Program-made: the position numbers and the translations under genes
In this document: piece by piece, positions 18,181 to 26,823 of the stretch
Layout of the letters: every line of letters begins with the position of its first letter
Position numbering within the stretch: the stretch's first letter is position 1
Assembly (NCBI GenBank): GCA_964629425.1
Contig: CAZVSO010000001.1
Location: forward strand, 1-43,895
Reading direction: 5' to 3'
DNA from: an uncultured Gemmatimonadaceae bacterium
GTDB taxonomy: Bacteria > Gemmatimonadota > Gemmatimonadetes > Gemmatimonadales > GWC2-71-9
Length of the DNA: 43,895 nucleotides
The notes under the pieces: model-generated
Told to the model about the DNA's origin: nothing
The model's input: the letters and a program-made list of their open reading frames with translations, nothing else
The model's database searches: none

Positions 18181-19497
18181 ATGCCGGAGACGGTGGCGGA
18201 CGACACGATCGTCGGGCGGGGCAACGCGGACGGCGCGCGGCTGTTCCGCGCCTGGTTCGACGAGCTGACGGAGGCGGCGGAGCAGGGGCGCGGAGCCGCC
18301 TACGTGTTCGTGATGGGGAGCCTCGCGGAGCTGCTGCGCGTGTTCGACTTCCCCATCGTCTTCCCGGAGATCAACTCGCTGCAGACGGCGGTGCGGCGCG
18401 TCGCGCACGAGTACCTGGACGAGGCCGAGGACTACGGGTACTCGCCGGACATCTGCGGCTACGTGAAAGCCGACGTGGCGGTCCAGTTGCGGCGGGGCGC
18501 GCACCCCATGGGTCGCATCCCCAAGCCGGTGATCGCCGTGAACACGAACGCGTGCAACACCTACATCAAGTGGGCCGAGATCTGGGAGCGCCTGCACGGC
18601 GTGCCGACGTTCACCTTGGACGTGCCAGGCACGCGCGCCGCCGGCGCCCGCAGCCGCCCCGGCGACGCGGACTTCGAGAACGATCGCCGGTACGTCCGGG
18701 CGCAGCTGGACGAGTTGATCGCTTTGTGCGAGCGGGTCAGCGGCGCGCGGTTCGACGTGGATCGGCTGCGCGAGACGCTGGGCCACACCAACGCGATGAG
18801 CCGGGGCTGGAAGCGAGCGCTCGAGCTCAACCGCAGCCGCCCCGGAGTGTTCAACGCCCTGGTCGACGGCACCATCTATCTGGGCGTCTGCAACGGCTTC
18901 CGCGGGACGGCGGCGGGCGCGGCGTTCTTCCGGGACCTGGAGGAGGAGCTCGCGTACAAGGCCGCGCGCGGCATCGGCACGCTCACCGAGGAGCGGTACC
19001 GTCTGATCTTCGTGGGGGTGCCCTGCTATCCTATCTTCCGCCGCTTCAACGAGCTGTTCACGGAGTGGGGCGGCGTCTTCGTCGCCTCCACCTACCTGTG
19101 GTTCGCGTCCGGCGGCGCGAACGTGGGCTTCGAATACGACCTCTCCCGGCCGCTCGACAGCCTCGCCGAGGGCGTCCTGCTCGGGGTGCGCGACGCGATG
19201 GACAGCATGTTCTTCCAGACACCGATCCTGCTGGAGATGCTCGACCACTACGCCGCGGACGGCGTCGTCTATCACCCGATCAAGAGCTGCCGCACGGTCT
19301 CCACCGGCCTCGCCGACAGCCGGCGCGCGCTCTTGGCGGTGCGCGATGTGGCGACGCTGTTCCTCGAGTCCGACATGATGGATCGGCGCGTGGTTGCCGA
19401 GGCGCAGCTGAAGAACCGGGTGGACGCCTTTTTCGAGGGCTTGGCGACCCGTCGGCGGCAGACGGCCGCGGTCGGCCGCTGGCCGCCAGAGGAGTGA
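18181..19497 (+). CDS. 2-hydroxyacyl-CoA dehydratase / benzoyl-CoA reductase family subunit (BcrB/BzdO-like)
   Basis: 438 aa from ATG 18181; the upstream 1.6 kb of track ORF 16528 is a shadow frame. Same family look ([35 protein letters not shown]). Confidence 0.78.
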   Translation: MPETVADDTIVGRGNADGARLFRAWFDELTEAAEQGRGAAYVFVMGSLAELLRVFDFPIVFPEINSLQTAVRRVAHEYLDEAEDYGYSPDICGYVKADVAVQLRRGAHPMGRIPKPVIAVNTNACNTYIKWAEIWERLHGVPTFTLDVPGTRAAGARSRPGDADFENDRRYVRAQLDELIALCERVSGARFDVDRLRETLGHTNAMSRGWKRALELNRSRPGVFNALVDGTIYLGVCNGFRGTAAGAAFFRDLEEELAYKAARGIGTLTEERYRLIFVGVPCYPIFRRFNELFTEWGGVFVASTYLWFASGGANVGFEYDLSRPLDSLAEGVLLGVRDAMDSMFFQTPILLEMLDHYAADGVVYHPIKSCRTVSTGLADSRRALLAVRDVATLFLESDMMDRRVVAEAQLKNRVDAFFEGLATRRRQTAAVGRWPPEE

Positions 19498-19504
19498 CGC
19501 GGCG

Positions 19505-20323
19505 ATGGCGTACGCAGCCGGGGTAGATGTGGGCTCCACGCAGACGAAGGCGATCATCGTGGACGAGGCCGGGGCCATCGTGGGCCGGGCGCTCACCGAG
19601 ACTGGCGCGAGCGTCAGGCGCGCGGCGGAGCAGGCGTTCGAGGTGGCGCTGCGGGACGCCGGGCTGCGCGACGAAGAGGTGGAGTTCGTGGTGGGCACGG
19701 GCTACGGGCGCTACACGGTCACCTTCGGGAAGGCGCAGGTGACCGAGATCAGCTGCCACGGGCGTGGCGCCGCCCACATGTTCCCCGGTACGCGCACGGT
19801 GCTCGACATGGGTGGGCAGGACACCAAGGCGATCCGCGTCTCCCCCGCCAGGGAGATCCTCGACTTTTGCATGAACGACAAGTGCGCTGCCGGCACCGGG
19901 CGGTTCCTCGGTGCCGCCGCGACCGCGCTCGACATCCCCCTCGATCGGCTGGGCCCGACGGCCATGACGGGCGAGCGGCCGGTGAAGATCAGCACGACCT
20001 GCACCGTGTTCGCCGAATCCGAGGTGCTGTCCTGGCTCGGCAAAGGGAAGAAGATCGGCGACATCCTCCTCGGCGTGCACCAGTCCATCGCCGCCCGGTC
20101 GGTGGGCCTGCTGCGGCGGGTGGGCATCGAGGCGGAGGTGACGTTCACCGGGGGCGTCGCCCGCAACGTCGCGATGATCGCGGCGCTGAACGAGCGGCTG
20201 GGGCTGTCGGTGAACGTGAGCCCCGAGTCCCACTTCATGGGCGCCCTGGGCGCCGCCCTGTTCGCCCGCGACCGCATCCTGGCGAGCCGCGCGCCGGCCC
20301 AGACGACGAGGAGCGCCCCGTGA
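19505..20323 (+). CDS. BcrAD/BadFG-type ATPase (benzoyl-CoA reductase ATP-binding subunit or dehydratase activator type), copy 1
   Basis: ASKHA-fold motifs [30 protein letters not shown], the cluster-bridging [12 protein letters not shown], and [10 protein letters not shown]. Confidence 0.88.
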   Translation: MAYAAGVDVGSTQTKAIIVDEAGAIVGRALTETGASVRRAAEQAFEVALRDAGLRDEEVEFVVGTGYGRYTVTFGKAQVTEISCHGRGAAHMFPGTRTVLDMGGQDTKAIRVSPAREILDFCMNDKCAAGTGRFLGAAATALDIPLDRLGPTAMTGERPVKISTTCTVFAESEVLSWLGKGKKIGDILLGVHQSIAARSVGLLRRVGIEAEVTFTGGVARNVAMIAALNERLGLSVNVSPESHFMGALGAALFARDRILASRAPAQTTRSAP

Positions 20324-21153
20324 CCTACACCGCCGGGATCGACGTCGGGTCCACCTACACGAAGGCCGTGGTCCTCGCCGACGATCACCGCATCCTCGGC
20401 CGGGCGCTTCAGCCCACCGGCTTCAAGCTGGGCGAGGCGGCGGAGCGCGCGCTGGACGCGGCACTGGCCGAAGCCGGCCTCGTCCGGCGCGACGTCGCGT
20501 ACGTCGTCGGCACCGGCTTCGGGCGCCACCAGGCCGCCGCCAGCGACGTGCGGGTCACCGATCTCACGGCGGGCGCCCGGGGCGCGGCGGCGCTCTTCCC
20601 CGGCACGCGCACCGTGCTCGACGTCGGCGGGCACACCATGAAGGCGAGCCGCCTGGATGCGCGCGCGCGGGTGCAGTCGTTTCGCTTGAACGACAAGTGC
20701 GCCGCCGGCACCGGCGCCTTCCTGGAAAAGACGGCCCGCTACATGGGCTACACGACCGAGGAGATCGGCCGCTTGGTGGCGACCTCGAAGTCGGCGATCC
20801 CGATCTCGGGCGTGTGCGCGGTGTTCGCCGAGTCGGAGGTGATCAACCAGCTGTCGCAGGGAGCGGCCCCGGCCGACATCATGCACGGGGCGATCGTGTC
20901 GCTGGTGGGCCGGGCGGTGCAGCTCCTGAAACGGGTCCGCATGGAGCCGGAGTTCACCCTGGTCGGCGGCATCCTGCGCTTCGAGAAGATGGTCGACGTG
21001 ATCGGCCAGCAGCTGGGCGCCGCCGTCAACCTGCCGTCCGGCGACCTGGTGCAGTTCGTCCCCGCCCTGGGCGCCGCCGTCCTCGGGCAGCGGCGCCTGC
21101 GGCAGCTGCGGGAGACGCCGGGCGGCCTCGAGCATGCGGCGACAGGGTCCTGA
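20320..21153 (+). CDS. BcrAD/BadFG-type ATPase, copy 2
   Basis: [54 protein letters not shown] overlap with copy 1. Two different ATPase subunits in tandem are typical of class I BCR rather than homodimeric dehydratase activators. Confidence 0.88.
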   Translation: MTYTAGIDVGSTYTKAVVLADDHRILGRALQPTGFKLGEAAERALDAALAEAGLVRRDVAYVVGTGFGRHQAAASDVRVTDLTAGARGAAALFPGTRTVLDVGGHTMKASRLDARARVQSFRLNDKCAAGTGAFLEKTARYMGYTTEEIGRLVATSKSAIPISGVCAVFAESEVINQLSQGAAPADIMHGAIVSLVGRAVQLLKRVRMEPEFTLVGGILRFEKMVDVIGQQLGAAVNLPSGDLVQFVPALGAAVLGQRRLRQLRETPGGLEHAATGS

Positions 21154-21412
21154 GGACACCGCCTGGGAGCCGCTCGCCGAGCGGATCCGGCCCGATTCGG
21201 CCCGCTTCGCCGCGGGGTGGGAGCGCCGGTTCGTCGCCGACGCCCGCCGGGCCGAGGAGGCCATGGAGCTGTACCGACAGCTGGGCTACGAGGTGTGCGC
21301 GGATCCCGTGACCCCTGACGATCTGGCGCCCGGCTGCGACGCGTGCGAGCTCGCCACGCTGCTCCGGTTCCAAACGATCTACACGCGCACGCCGGGCGGG
21401 AGACCTGGATGA
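21134..21412 (+). CDS. Small conserved-looking hypothetical protein (92 aa, C-x13-CxxC)
   Basis: High third-position GC. It overlaps the upstream stop by 20 nt and shares an ATGA junction with the downstream ADH. I recognise no family. Confidence 0.45.
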   Translation: MRRQGPEDTAWEPLAERIRPDSARFAAGWERRFVADARRAEEAMELYRQLGYEVCADPVTPDDLAPGCDACELATLLRFQTIYTRTPGGRPG

Positions 21413-22431
21413 AGGCCGCCGTTTACCACGGGCCCGGGCGTGCGCTCGACGTGACCGAGGTCCCGAGCCCCGAGCCGGGTCCCGGGGAAGCGCTCATCCG
21501 GGTCGCGGCGTGCGGGCTGTGCCATACCGACCTTCACTACCTCGATCACGGCGTCAAGCCGTTCAAGGCGCCGCCCCTCATCCTGGGACACGAGGCCGCG
21601 GGCACGGTGGCTGGATTGGGCGACGGGGCGATCGGCGCCGCCGTCGGCGAGCGGGTACTGATCCCCTCGGTGCTCTCCTGCGGCCGCTGTCGCTACTGCC
21701 GGCTGGGGCGGGAGAACCTGTGCGATTCGCTCACGATGCTGGGGAACAACATCGACGGCGCGTTCGCGGAGCTGGTTGTGGTACCGGCCCGAGAGCTCGT
21801 GCGCCTGCCGGACTCGATCCCGCTGGAGCTCGCCTGCGTGATCGCGGACGCGTTATCCACCCCCTATCACGCCGTGAAGCGCCGGGGCCGGGTGCAGGCG
21901 GGGGACCGGGTGGTTGTGGTGGGATGTGGTGGGGTCGGCCTGAATGTCGTGCAGTGCGCCGCGATGGCCGGCGCGCTGGTCGTGGCGATCGACTTGAACG
22001 ACGCGCGGCTCGAGCTGGCCACGGCGCTCGGGGCGCTGCACACGGTGAATCCGCAGACCGTCGAGCGGGTCGACCGGCGCGTGCGCGAGCTCACCGGCGG
22101 GGGGGCCGACGTGGCGTTCGAGGCCGTTGGCAGTCCCAAGACCATCGACCTCGCCTTCGGGCTGTTGCGGCGGGGCGGCCGGCTGTGCGTGATCGGCTAT
22201 TCCGCCGAGCCGGCCTCGATCTCGGCGGCCAGGCTGATGTACTACGAGCTGGAGGTGGTGGGGAGCCTGGGGTGCGGGGCGGGGGAGTACCCGGAGATCA
22301 TCGCCCTCGTCGAAGCGGGGTTCCTGCGGCTCGAGCCCATCGTGAGCGGCACCCTGCCGCTCGTGGAGATCAATGTCGGTTTGGACCGGCTGCGACGCGG
22401 TGAAGGAGTGCGGTGGGTCGTGACGCCGTGA
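21409..22431 (+). CDS. Zinc-dependent alcohol dehydrogenase (MDR family; candidate 6-hydroxycyclohex-1-ene-1-carbonyl-CoA dehydrogenase)
   Basis: CGLCHTDLH, GHEAAGTV, structural zinc site CGRCRYCRLGRENLC, and the GCGGVGL Rossmann motif. Confidence 0.9.
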   Translation: MKAAVYHGPGRALDVTEVPSPEPGPGEALIRVAACGLCHTDLHYLDHGVKPFKAPPLILGHEAAGTVAGLGDGAIGAAVGERVLIPSVLSCGRCRYCRLGRENLCDSLTMLGNNIDGAFAELVVVPARELVRLPDSIPLELACVIADALSTPYHAVKRRGRVQAGDRVVVVGCGGVGLNVVQCAAMAGALVVAIDLNDARLELATALGALHTVNPQTVERVDRRVRELTGGGADVAFEAVGSPKTIDLAFGLLRRGGRLCVIGYSAEPASISAARLMYYELEVVGSLGCGAGEYPEIIALVEAGFLRLEPIVSGTLPLVEINVGLDRLRRGEGVRWVVTP

Positions 22432-22880
22432 GCGACGACCCGTTCCAGCGCTTCGAGGCCGAGCACCAGGAGGCGCTCGGTCAGCTGGACCGTCTCGAGG
22501 TGGCGGCGCGTGGGCTCCGCGCGCGAGCGGACCACGGCGCCCAGTTCGAAGTCGCGCGCGCGGTGCACCAGTTCCTCATCGGGGCGGTCCGGGCCCACAA
22601 CGACCGCGAGGAGCGAGCGCTGTTCCCGCTCCTTGGCGACGAGGCGCCCACCGGCTTGTTCGTCGAGGAGCACGGGACGCTGCGGGGACTGGAGCGGGAG
22701 CTGGACGCGGCCCTCCAGGCAGCGGACGCCGAGCGCAGCGCAGCGGCTGCGCTGGCGCTGGTCGATCTGCTGCGGGCACACATCGCCCGCGAGGACGTCG
22801 TCCTGTTCCCGGTGGCGAGGGCGAGGCTGGGAGACGTGGGGTTGCGGGAGCTTGCGCGGCGATTGGACGGCACAGGATAG
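22413..22880 (+). CDS. Hemerythrin-like (HHE cation-binding) domain protein
   Basis: Four-helix pattern with FEAEHQE, HNDREERALFPLL, EEHG and HIAREDVVLFP. The start is uncertain (GTG 22413 or GTG 22428). Confidence 0.7.
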   Translation: MGRDAVSDDPFQRFEAEHQEALGQLDRLEVAARGLRARADHGAQFEVARAVHQFLIGAVRAHNDREERALFPLLGDEAPTGLFVEEHGTLRGLERELDAALQAADAERSAAAALALVDLLRAHIAREDVVLFPVARARLGDVGLRELARRLDGTG

Positions 22881-22900
22881 CGGCGCGCGTACCGGGGCGA

Positions 22901-22952
22901 CACAACAAAGCGGCCCGCACTCCAGCTTTCGATTTCCTGGAGCGCGGGCCGC
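22901..22952 (-). terminator. Rho-independent terminator on the minus strand
   Basis: The minus strand reads GCGGCCCGCGCUCCAG-(11 nt loop)-CUGGAGUGCGGGCCGC. This is a 16-bp stem with one G-U pair, followed by UUUGUUGUGU. The plus-strand version has an A-C mismatch and no U tract. Confidence 0.65.
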
Positions 22953-23350
22953 TACGCACCGGTTACCCGGAGTCGGGGGATTTACTCCCCCGTTCTTCTC
23001 CTCTCGGCCACCGCAGTGTGTATCCGCGGTTGCGGCGTCGAGGGCTCCGGCTTCCATCCGCAGGCGGCGTGACGAGCCACCTGGTTCGCCGATGCGGGCG
23101 CTGCAAGTCCGATCGGGTCGCGGACCGACCCCTTGCACTGCACGCCGTCACGCCGGTCCGGCGTGGGTGAGGCACGCGACTGGCCCCACCGTCCGCCTCG
23201 AAGTGATCACCCGGGTCATCGGGCCGAGCCGTTTCCGGTTCTCCCTACCCCGGACATCTCGAAGGACGGATGCACACAAAACTACCCACCGACCTTGAAG
23301 CAGCCGTGAGGACCGCGCGAAGACCGGCTCAGGAACTCGCGGTCGCCGCG

Positions 23351-24067
23351 TCAGCGCAGGAACACCGGGAGGCTCACGACCACGAAGCCCAGGATCATGA
23401 GGCCGACCTGCCACAGGCCCCCGATGGCCGTGCGCTCGTGCTGCAGCTCGGGGACGATGTCCGACGCGGCGATGTAGATGAGCGAGCCGGCGGCGATCGG
23501 TAGCAGCGCCGTGGTGAAACCTCCGATCCGCTCACCCACCGCCAGGGTCACCGCGGCTCCGGCGACCGCGGCGAGTCCGGATAGGAAGTTGAGCCAGATG
23601 GCGCGGCGCACCGGAACGCCTGCCCGAACCAGGACGGCGAAATCACCGAGCTCTTGGGGGACTTCGTGCAGGATGACGGCGATGGTCGCGGCGACTCCGA
23701 CGGTGACGTCGCTGGCGAACGCGGCGGCGATGACCATGCCGTCGATCAGATTGTGCAGGCCGTCGCCCAGGACGTTCAGGGTGGCCAGGGGGTGGACGCG
23801 GGACGAATCCGTGCCCAGGCGATGGGCGTGATGCCAGAGGAACTTCTCGATGACGAAGAACGCGAGGAACGCCGCGACCAGGGACAGAAACACGGCGGGG
23901 ACCACGCCCTGGCGGAGAAGCGCCTCCGGCAGGAGGTGCATGAATGCGCCGCCCAAAAGGGCGCCCGCCGCGAAGCTCGCAAGGCGATGCAGGCCCGCCT
24001 CGAGTCGCCGCTCGTCCCGCCCCAGCGCCAGCAGCCCCGCCAGGGGCAGGGCGCTGACGAGCAACAC
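23351..24067 (-). CDS. ZIP family metal transporter (second, GufA/ZupT-like copy)
   Basis: HLLPEAL, HNLIDGMVIA and HEVPQELGDFAVL motifs. Polytopic. GTG start. Confidence 0.88.
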   Translation of the reverse strand: MLLVSALPLAGLLALGRDERRLEAGLHRLASFAAGALLGGAFMHLLPEALLRQGVVPAVFLSLVAAFLAFFVIEKFLWHHAHRLGTDSSRVHPLATLNVLGDGLHNLIDGMVIAAAFASDVTVGVAATIAVILHEVPQELGDFAVLVRAGVPVRRAIWLNFLSGLAAVAGAAVTLAVGERIGGFTTALLPIAAGSLIYIAASDIVPELQHERTAIGGLWQVGLMILGFVVVSLPVFLR

Positions 24068-24178
24068 GGCGGCCAGTGTGGCGGGCCAGGGATTCAGAAC
24101 TGTCTCAGGGCTCGAGGGCGACGTTCAGGGCGAGGAAATCTAGCAGGTCCCGCGCCCTGGCGCGCCAGGGAGGCCGCC

Positions 24179-24322
24179 TCAGGCCTCCTGCATCTCCTCG
24201 ATCTCGACTTTCAGCCGCCCGACCATGTCGGGCAGCTGCTCGAGCGCGGCGATGCGACGCTCGAGCGCTGTGAACCGCCTCTCCAGCTCCGCCAGATTGG
24301 TGTGCAGCGCGTCATCGGTCAT
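24179..24322 (-). CDS. Possible 47-aa coiled-coil protein (SlyX-like heptad pattern)
   Basis: MTDDALHTNLAELERRFTALERRIAALEQLPDMVGRLKVEIEEMQEA. GGAGGG lies 4 nt before the ATG, and the ORF starts 27 nt downstream of the PRTase stop. It is short, so weakly supported. Confidence 0.3.
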   Translation of the reverse strand: MTDDALHTNLAELERRFTALERRIAALEQLPDMVGRLKVEIEEMQEA

Positions 24323-24348
24323 ATGCCCTCCGCCGTCGCGTCGCTCGA

Positions 24349-25041
24349 TCAGCCGCCCGCCAGCCGCGCGGCGCCGGCCGGCGGGCGCTCCAGCAGCTCC
24401 TGCACCTCGTCGTCCGAGGTCTGCTCGAAGTTGACGTAGTACCAGCCGACCGCCCCGAAGTCCGGCAGCTCGTACGGGCAGACGACCTCGTCCGCCTCGG
24501 CGCGGAGCGCGTCGCACGCCTGGACGGATCCCACGGGCACGGCCACGACGATCCGCGCCGGGTGTCGCTGCCGCAGGGACCGGACCGCCGCCCGCATGGT
24601 GGCGCCGGTGGCGAGCCCGTCGTCCACCACGATCACGGTGGCGCCCTGCACGGCGGGCGGTGGGCGGTTGCCGCGGAACTGGCGCTCCTGACGCGCCGAC
24701 TCCGCGCGCTGGACCTCGGTCACCGCCTTGAGGTAGGTCTCGGACACTCCGAGCTGGCGGATGATCTCCTCGTCGAGGAACCGTCCGCCGTTGGCCGTGA
24801 CGGCGCCGATCGCCAGCTCGGCCGAGAACGGTGCGCCGAGCTTGCGGGTGACGATGACGTCGAGCGGCGTACCCAACTGGCGCGCCACCTCGGCGGCGAC
24901 GACCACGCCGCCGCGCGGGATGCCCAGCGTCACGGCCGAGGTGTCACGGAACCGCTCCAGAGACCGGGCGAGCACCGCGCCCGCATCGAACCGGTCAGCG
25001 AACGCCACCTGTCCCCGCGGATCCTGTCTCGCCACCACCAT
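24349..25041 (-). CDS. Phosphoribosyltransferase-domain protein (orphan type I PRTase)
   Basis: IPRGGVVVAAEVA followed by the PRPP-binding loop VIVVDDGLATGATMRAA. Confidence 0.88.
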   Translation of the reverse strand: MVVARQDPRGQVAFADRFDAGAVLARSLERFRDTSAVTLGIPRGGVVVAAEVARQLGTPLDVIVTRKLGAPFSAELAIGAVTANGGRFLDEEIIRQLGVSETYLKAVTEVQRAESARQERQFRGNRPPPAVQGATVIVVDDGLATGATMRAAVRSLRQRHPARIVVAVPVGSVQACDALRAEADEVVCPYELPDFGAVGWYYVNFEQTSDDEVQELLERPPAGAARLAGG

Positions 25042-25097
25042 ACGTGCCTCCCGTGCCGGAGCTCTGTCGGAGCATAGCCGGGCCGTCTAAGAGAGCG

Positions 25098-25113
25098 GTG
25101 AAGGCCGTGTGAA
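25098..25113 (-). promoter_or_regulatory. TTCAC-N6-TTCAC direct repeat, candidate operator in the PRTase/L,D-transpeptidase divergent region
   Basis: Plus strand reads GTGAAGGCCGTGTGAA, identical to 13738..13753. It lies 56 nt upstream of the PRTase start codon. Confidence 0.45.
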
Positions 25114-25164
25114 AGCTCGTTGGCAGGGCTCGGAAAGACGGGCGGGGCACCGTACCTTGGGCGC

Positions 25165-26769
25165 ATGCGTCATCGCCAAGCGCGCGACACCCGGCGCGGG
25201 ACGGCGTCGCTCGTCCTGGGTGCGCTCATCGCCGCGTGCGCCGGCGCGGGCGGGCCCCCGCGTTCCCCGGCGGTCATGCGCCCGCCGGAGCCGGTCGCGG
25301 TCCGGCTGCGCGCGCGACTCGCCCACGCGGGGCCGCCCCTCGCGCCCTTCTACGAGGCGCGGCGGTACCAGCCGGTGTGGAGCGACGACCGCGGCGTGTC
25401 GGCGGGTGCGAGGGAATTCCTCGCCGCCATCGAGGCCGCCGCGGACGACGGCCTGGATCCCACGGTGTACGAGCTGAACGCCGCGCGCAGCCTCGCCGAC
25501 TCGGCTTCCGACGCGGACGGTCTCGCGCGCATTGATCTCGTACTGACGCGTCTCTGGTTGGCCTACGGCGGAGATCTGGTCGGCGGGCGGGTCGAGCCGG
25601 ACCGGGTCGATTCGATGTGGTCGCCGGCGGCGGCGACGCTCGATCTCGCCGCGGCGCTGGAGGCCGCCGGCGGGGGCGGCCCGGACGAGCTGCGGCCGCC
25701 GCACGCCGGCTACGCAAGGCTGCGGCAGGCGCTCGGTCGCTATCGTGAGATGTCGGCGCTGGGGGGTTGGGACAGCATCGCGCCGGGCGAGCCGCTCGTT
25801 CGGGGCGCGCGGGGTCCGCGGATCGTGGCGCTCCGCCGGCGCCTCGCCGCCAGCGGCGACCTGGACACGGTGGGTGTCGCTGCGGCGACCTCCTTTGACG
25901 GAACGCTCGAGAGCGCGGTGCGGCGGTTCCAGGCGCGCCACGGGTTGCCGGCCGACGGCCGGGTGGGCCCGCTGACGCTGAACGGGCTCAATGTCCCGGT
26001 CGAGACCCGGGTGCGCCAGATCGAGCTGAACCTCGAGCGATGGCGCTGGCTCCCGCGCTCGCTCGGGACCCGCTACGTCATGGTCAACTCGGCGGGGTTC
26101 GCGCTCGAGGCCGTGGAGGGGGACAGCGTCGTCGTTCGCGCCCGCGCGATCGCCGGGCGTCCGGAGTGGCCCACGCCCCTCGTGAGCGGCACACTGACCC
26201 ACGTGGTCCTCAACCCGGCGTGGCACGTGCCACGGGACATCACGCGTCGGGAAGTCCTGCCCGCGGTGCGCCGGGACTCCGGGTACCTCGCGCGGGAGGG
26301 GATCCGCGTCTACACCGTGGCCGACTCGCGCCCGGTCGATCCCGACACGGTGGACTGGGCCGCGGTCGCCGATACCGCGCCGCCGTACCGCTTCGTCCAG
26401 GATCCGGGGCCACGCAACCCGCTCGGCCGCGTGAAGCTCGCATTCGCGAACCGGTTCGGCGTCGCCCTCCACGACACGCCAGATCCGGCCCTGTTCCGGC
26501 TGACGGCCCGAGCCTTCAGTCACGGCTGTGTACGCATCGAGGGCGCGACGGACCTGACGGTGTACGCGCTGCGTGGCACGCGTGGGTGGTCCCGGGACTC
26601 GATCCTGAGCCGCATGGCCGTCCTCCGCGAGCGTTGGATCACGCTGGCCGAGCCGATGCCCGTGCATCTCGTGTATTGGACGGCCTGGGTCACGCGGGAC
26701 GGACACGTGGAATTTCGCGACGACGTGTACGGGTGGGACCGGACGCTGGAAACGGCCATTAGCCGTTAG
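25165..26769 (+). CDS. YcbB-type L,D-transpeptidase with peptidoglycan-binding domain
   Basis: Lipoprotein-like N-terminus (LVLGALIAAC). PG_binding_1 motif AVRRFQARHGLPADGRVGPLT. YkuD catalytic motif HDTP...SHGCVR. ATG 25165 was chosen over the track start 25120. Confidence 0.85.
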   Translation: MRHRQARDTRRGTASLVLGALIAACAGAGGPPRSPAVMRPPEPVAVRLRARLAHAGPPLAPFYEARRYQPVWSDDRGVSAGAREFLAAIEAAADDGLDPTVYELNAARSLADSASDADGLARIDLVLTRLWLAYGGDLVGGRVEPDRVDSMWSPAAATLDLAAALEAAGGGGPDELRPPHAGYARLRQALGRYREMSALGGWDSIAPGEPLVRGARGPRIVALRRRLAASGDLDTVGVAAATSFDGTLESAVRRFQARHGLPADGRVGPLTLNGLNVPVETRVRQIELNLERWRWLPRSLGTRYVMVNSAGFALEAVEGDSVVVRARAIAGRPEWPTPLVSGTLTHVVLNPAWHVPRDITRREVLPAVRRDSGYLAREGIRVYTVADSRPVDPDTVDWAAVADTAPPYRFVQDPGPRNPLGRVKLAFANRFGVALHDTPDPALFRLTARAFSHGCVRIEGATDLTVYALRGTRGWSRDSILSRMAVLRERWITLAEPMPVHLVYWTAWVTRDGHVEFRDDVYGWDRTLETAISR

Positions 26770-26823
26770 CCATTTGCCACTAGCTTGCCCAACCGCTAAC
26801 GGCTAACGGCCAGCGGCTGCTTC
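26754..26823. repeat. Inverted pair of heptad arrays (RGCCRTT)n / (CTAACGG)n spanning both stop codons of convergent genes
   Basis: GGCCATT AGCCGTT AGCCATT TGCCACT ... CTAACGG CTAACGG CCAGCGG. GCCGTTAGCC (26762-71) and GGCTAACGGC (26801-10) are perfect inverted repeats. Confidence 0.75.

Noticed and set aside
23203-23218. Near-palindrome GATCACCCGGGTCATC as a protein operator
   Set aside because: It is a single copy with one mismatch and has no nearby gene start. It is mentioned only as part of the ncRNA candidate region.
22881-23350. Tested the ORF-free region by eye as tmRNA, RNase P RNA, SRP RNA, 6S RNA or a cobalamin/Mn riboswitch
   Set aside because: There is no tRNA-like acceptor/T-arm with CCA and no tag-peptide reading frame. 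The GGAAAGUCCGGGC / ACAGAACCCGGC P4 elements are absent, with only a weak GUCCGGGG resemblance. There is no SRP domain IV motif. It is kept only as an unclassified ncRNA candidate.
25118-25135. TTGGCAGGGCTCGG upstream of the L,D-transpeptidase as a sigma-54 (-24/-12) promoter
   Set aside because: The TGGCA is not followed by TTGC at the required N5-6 spacing, so it is likely chance.
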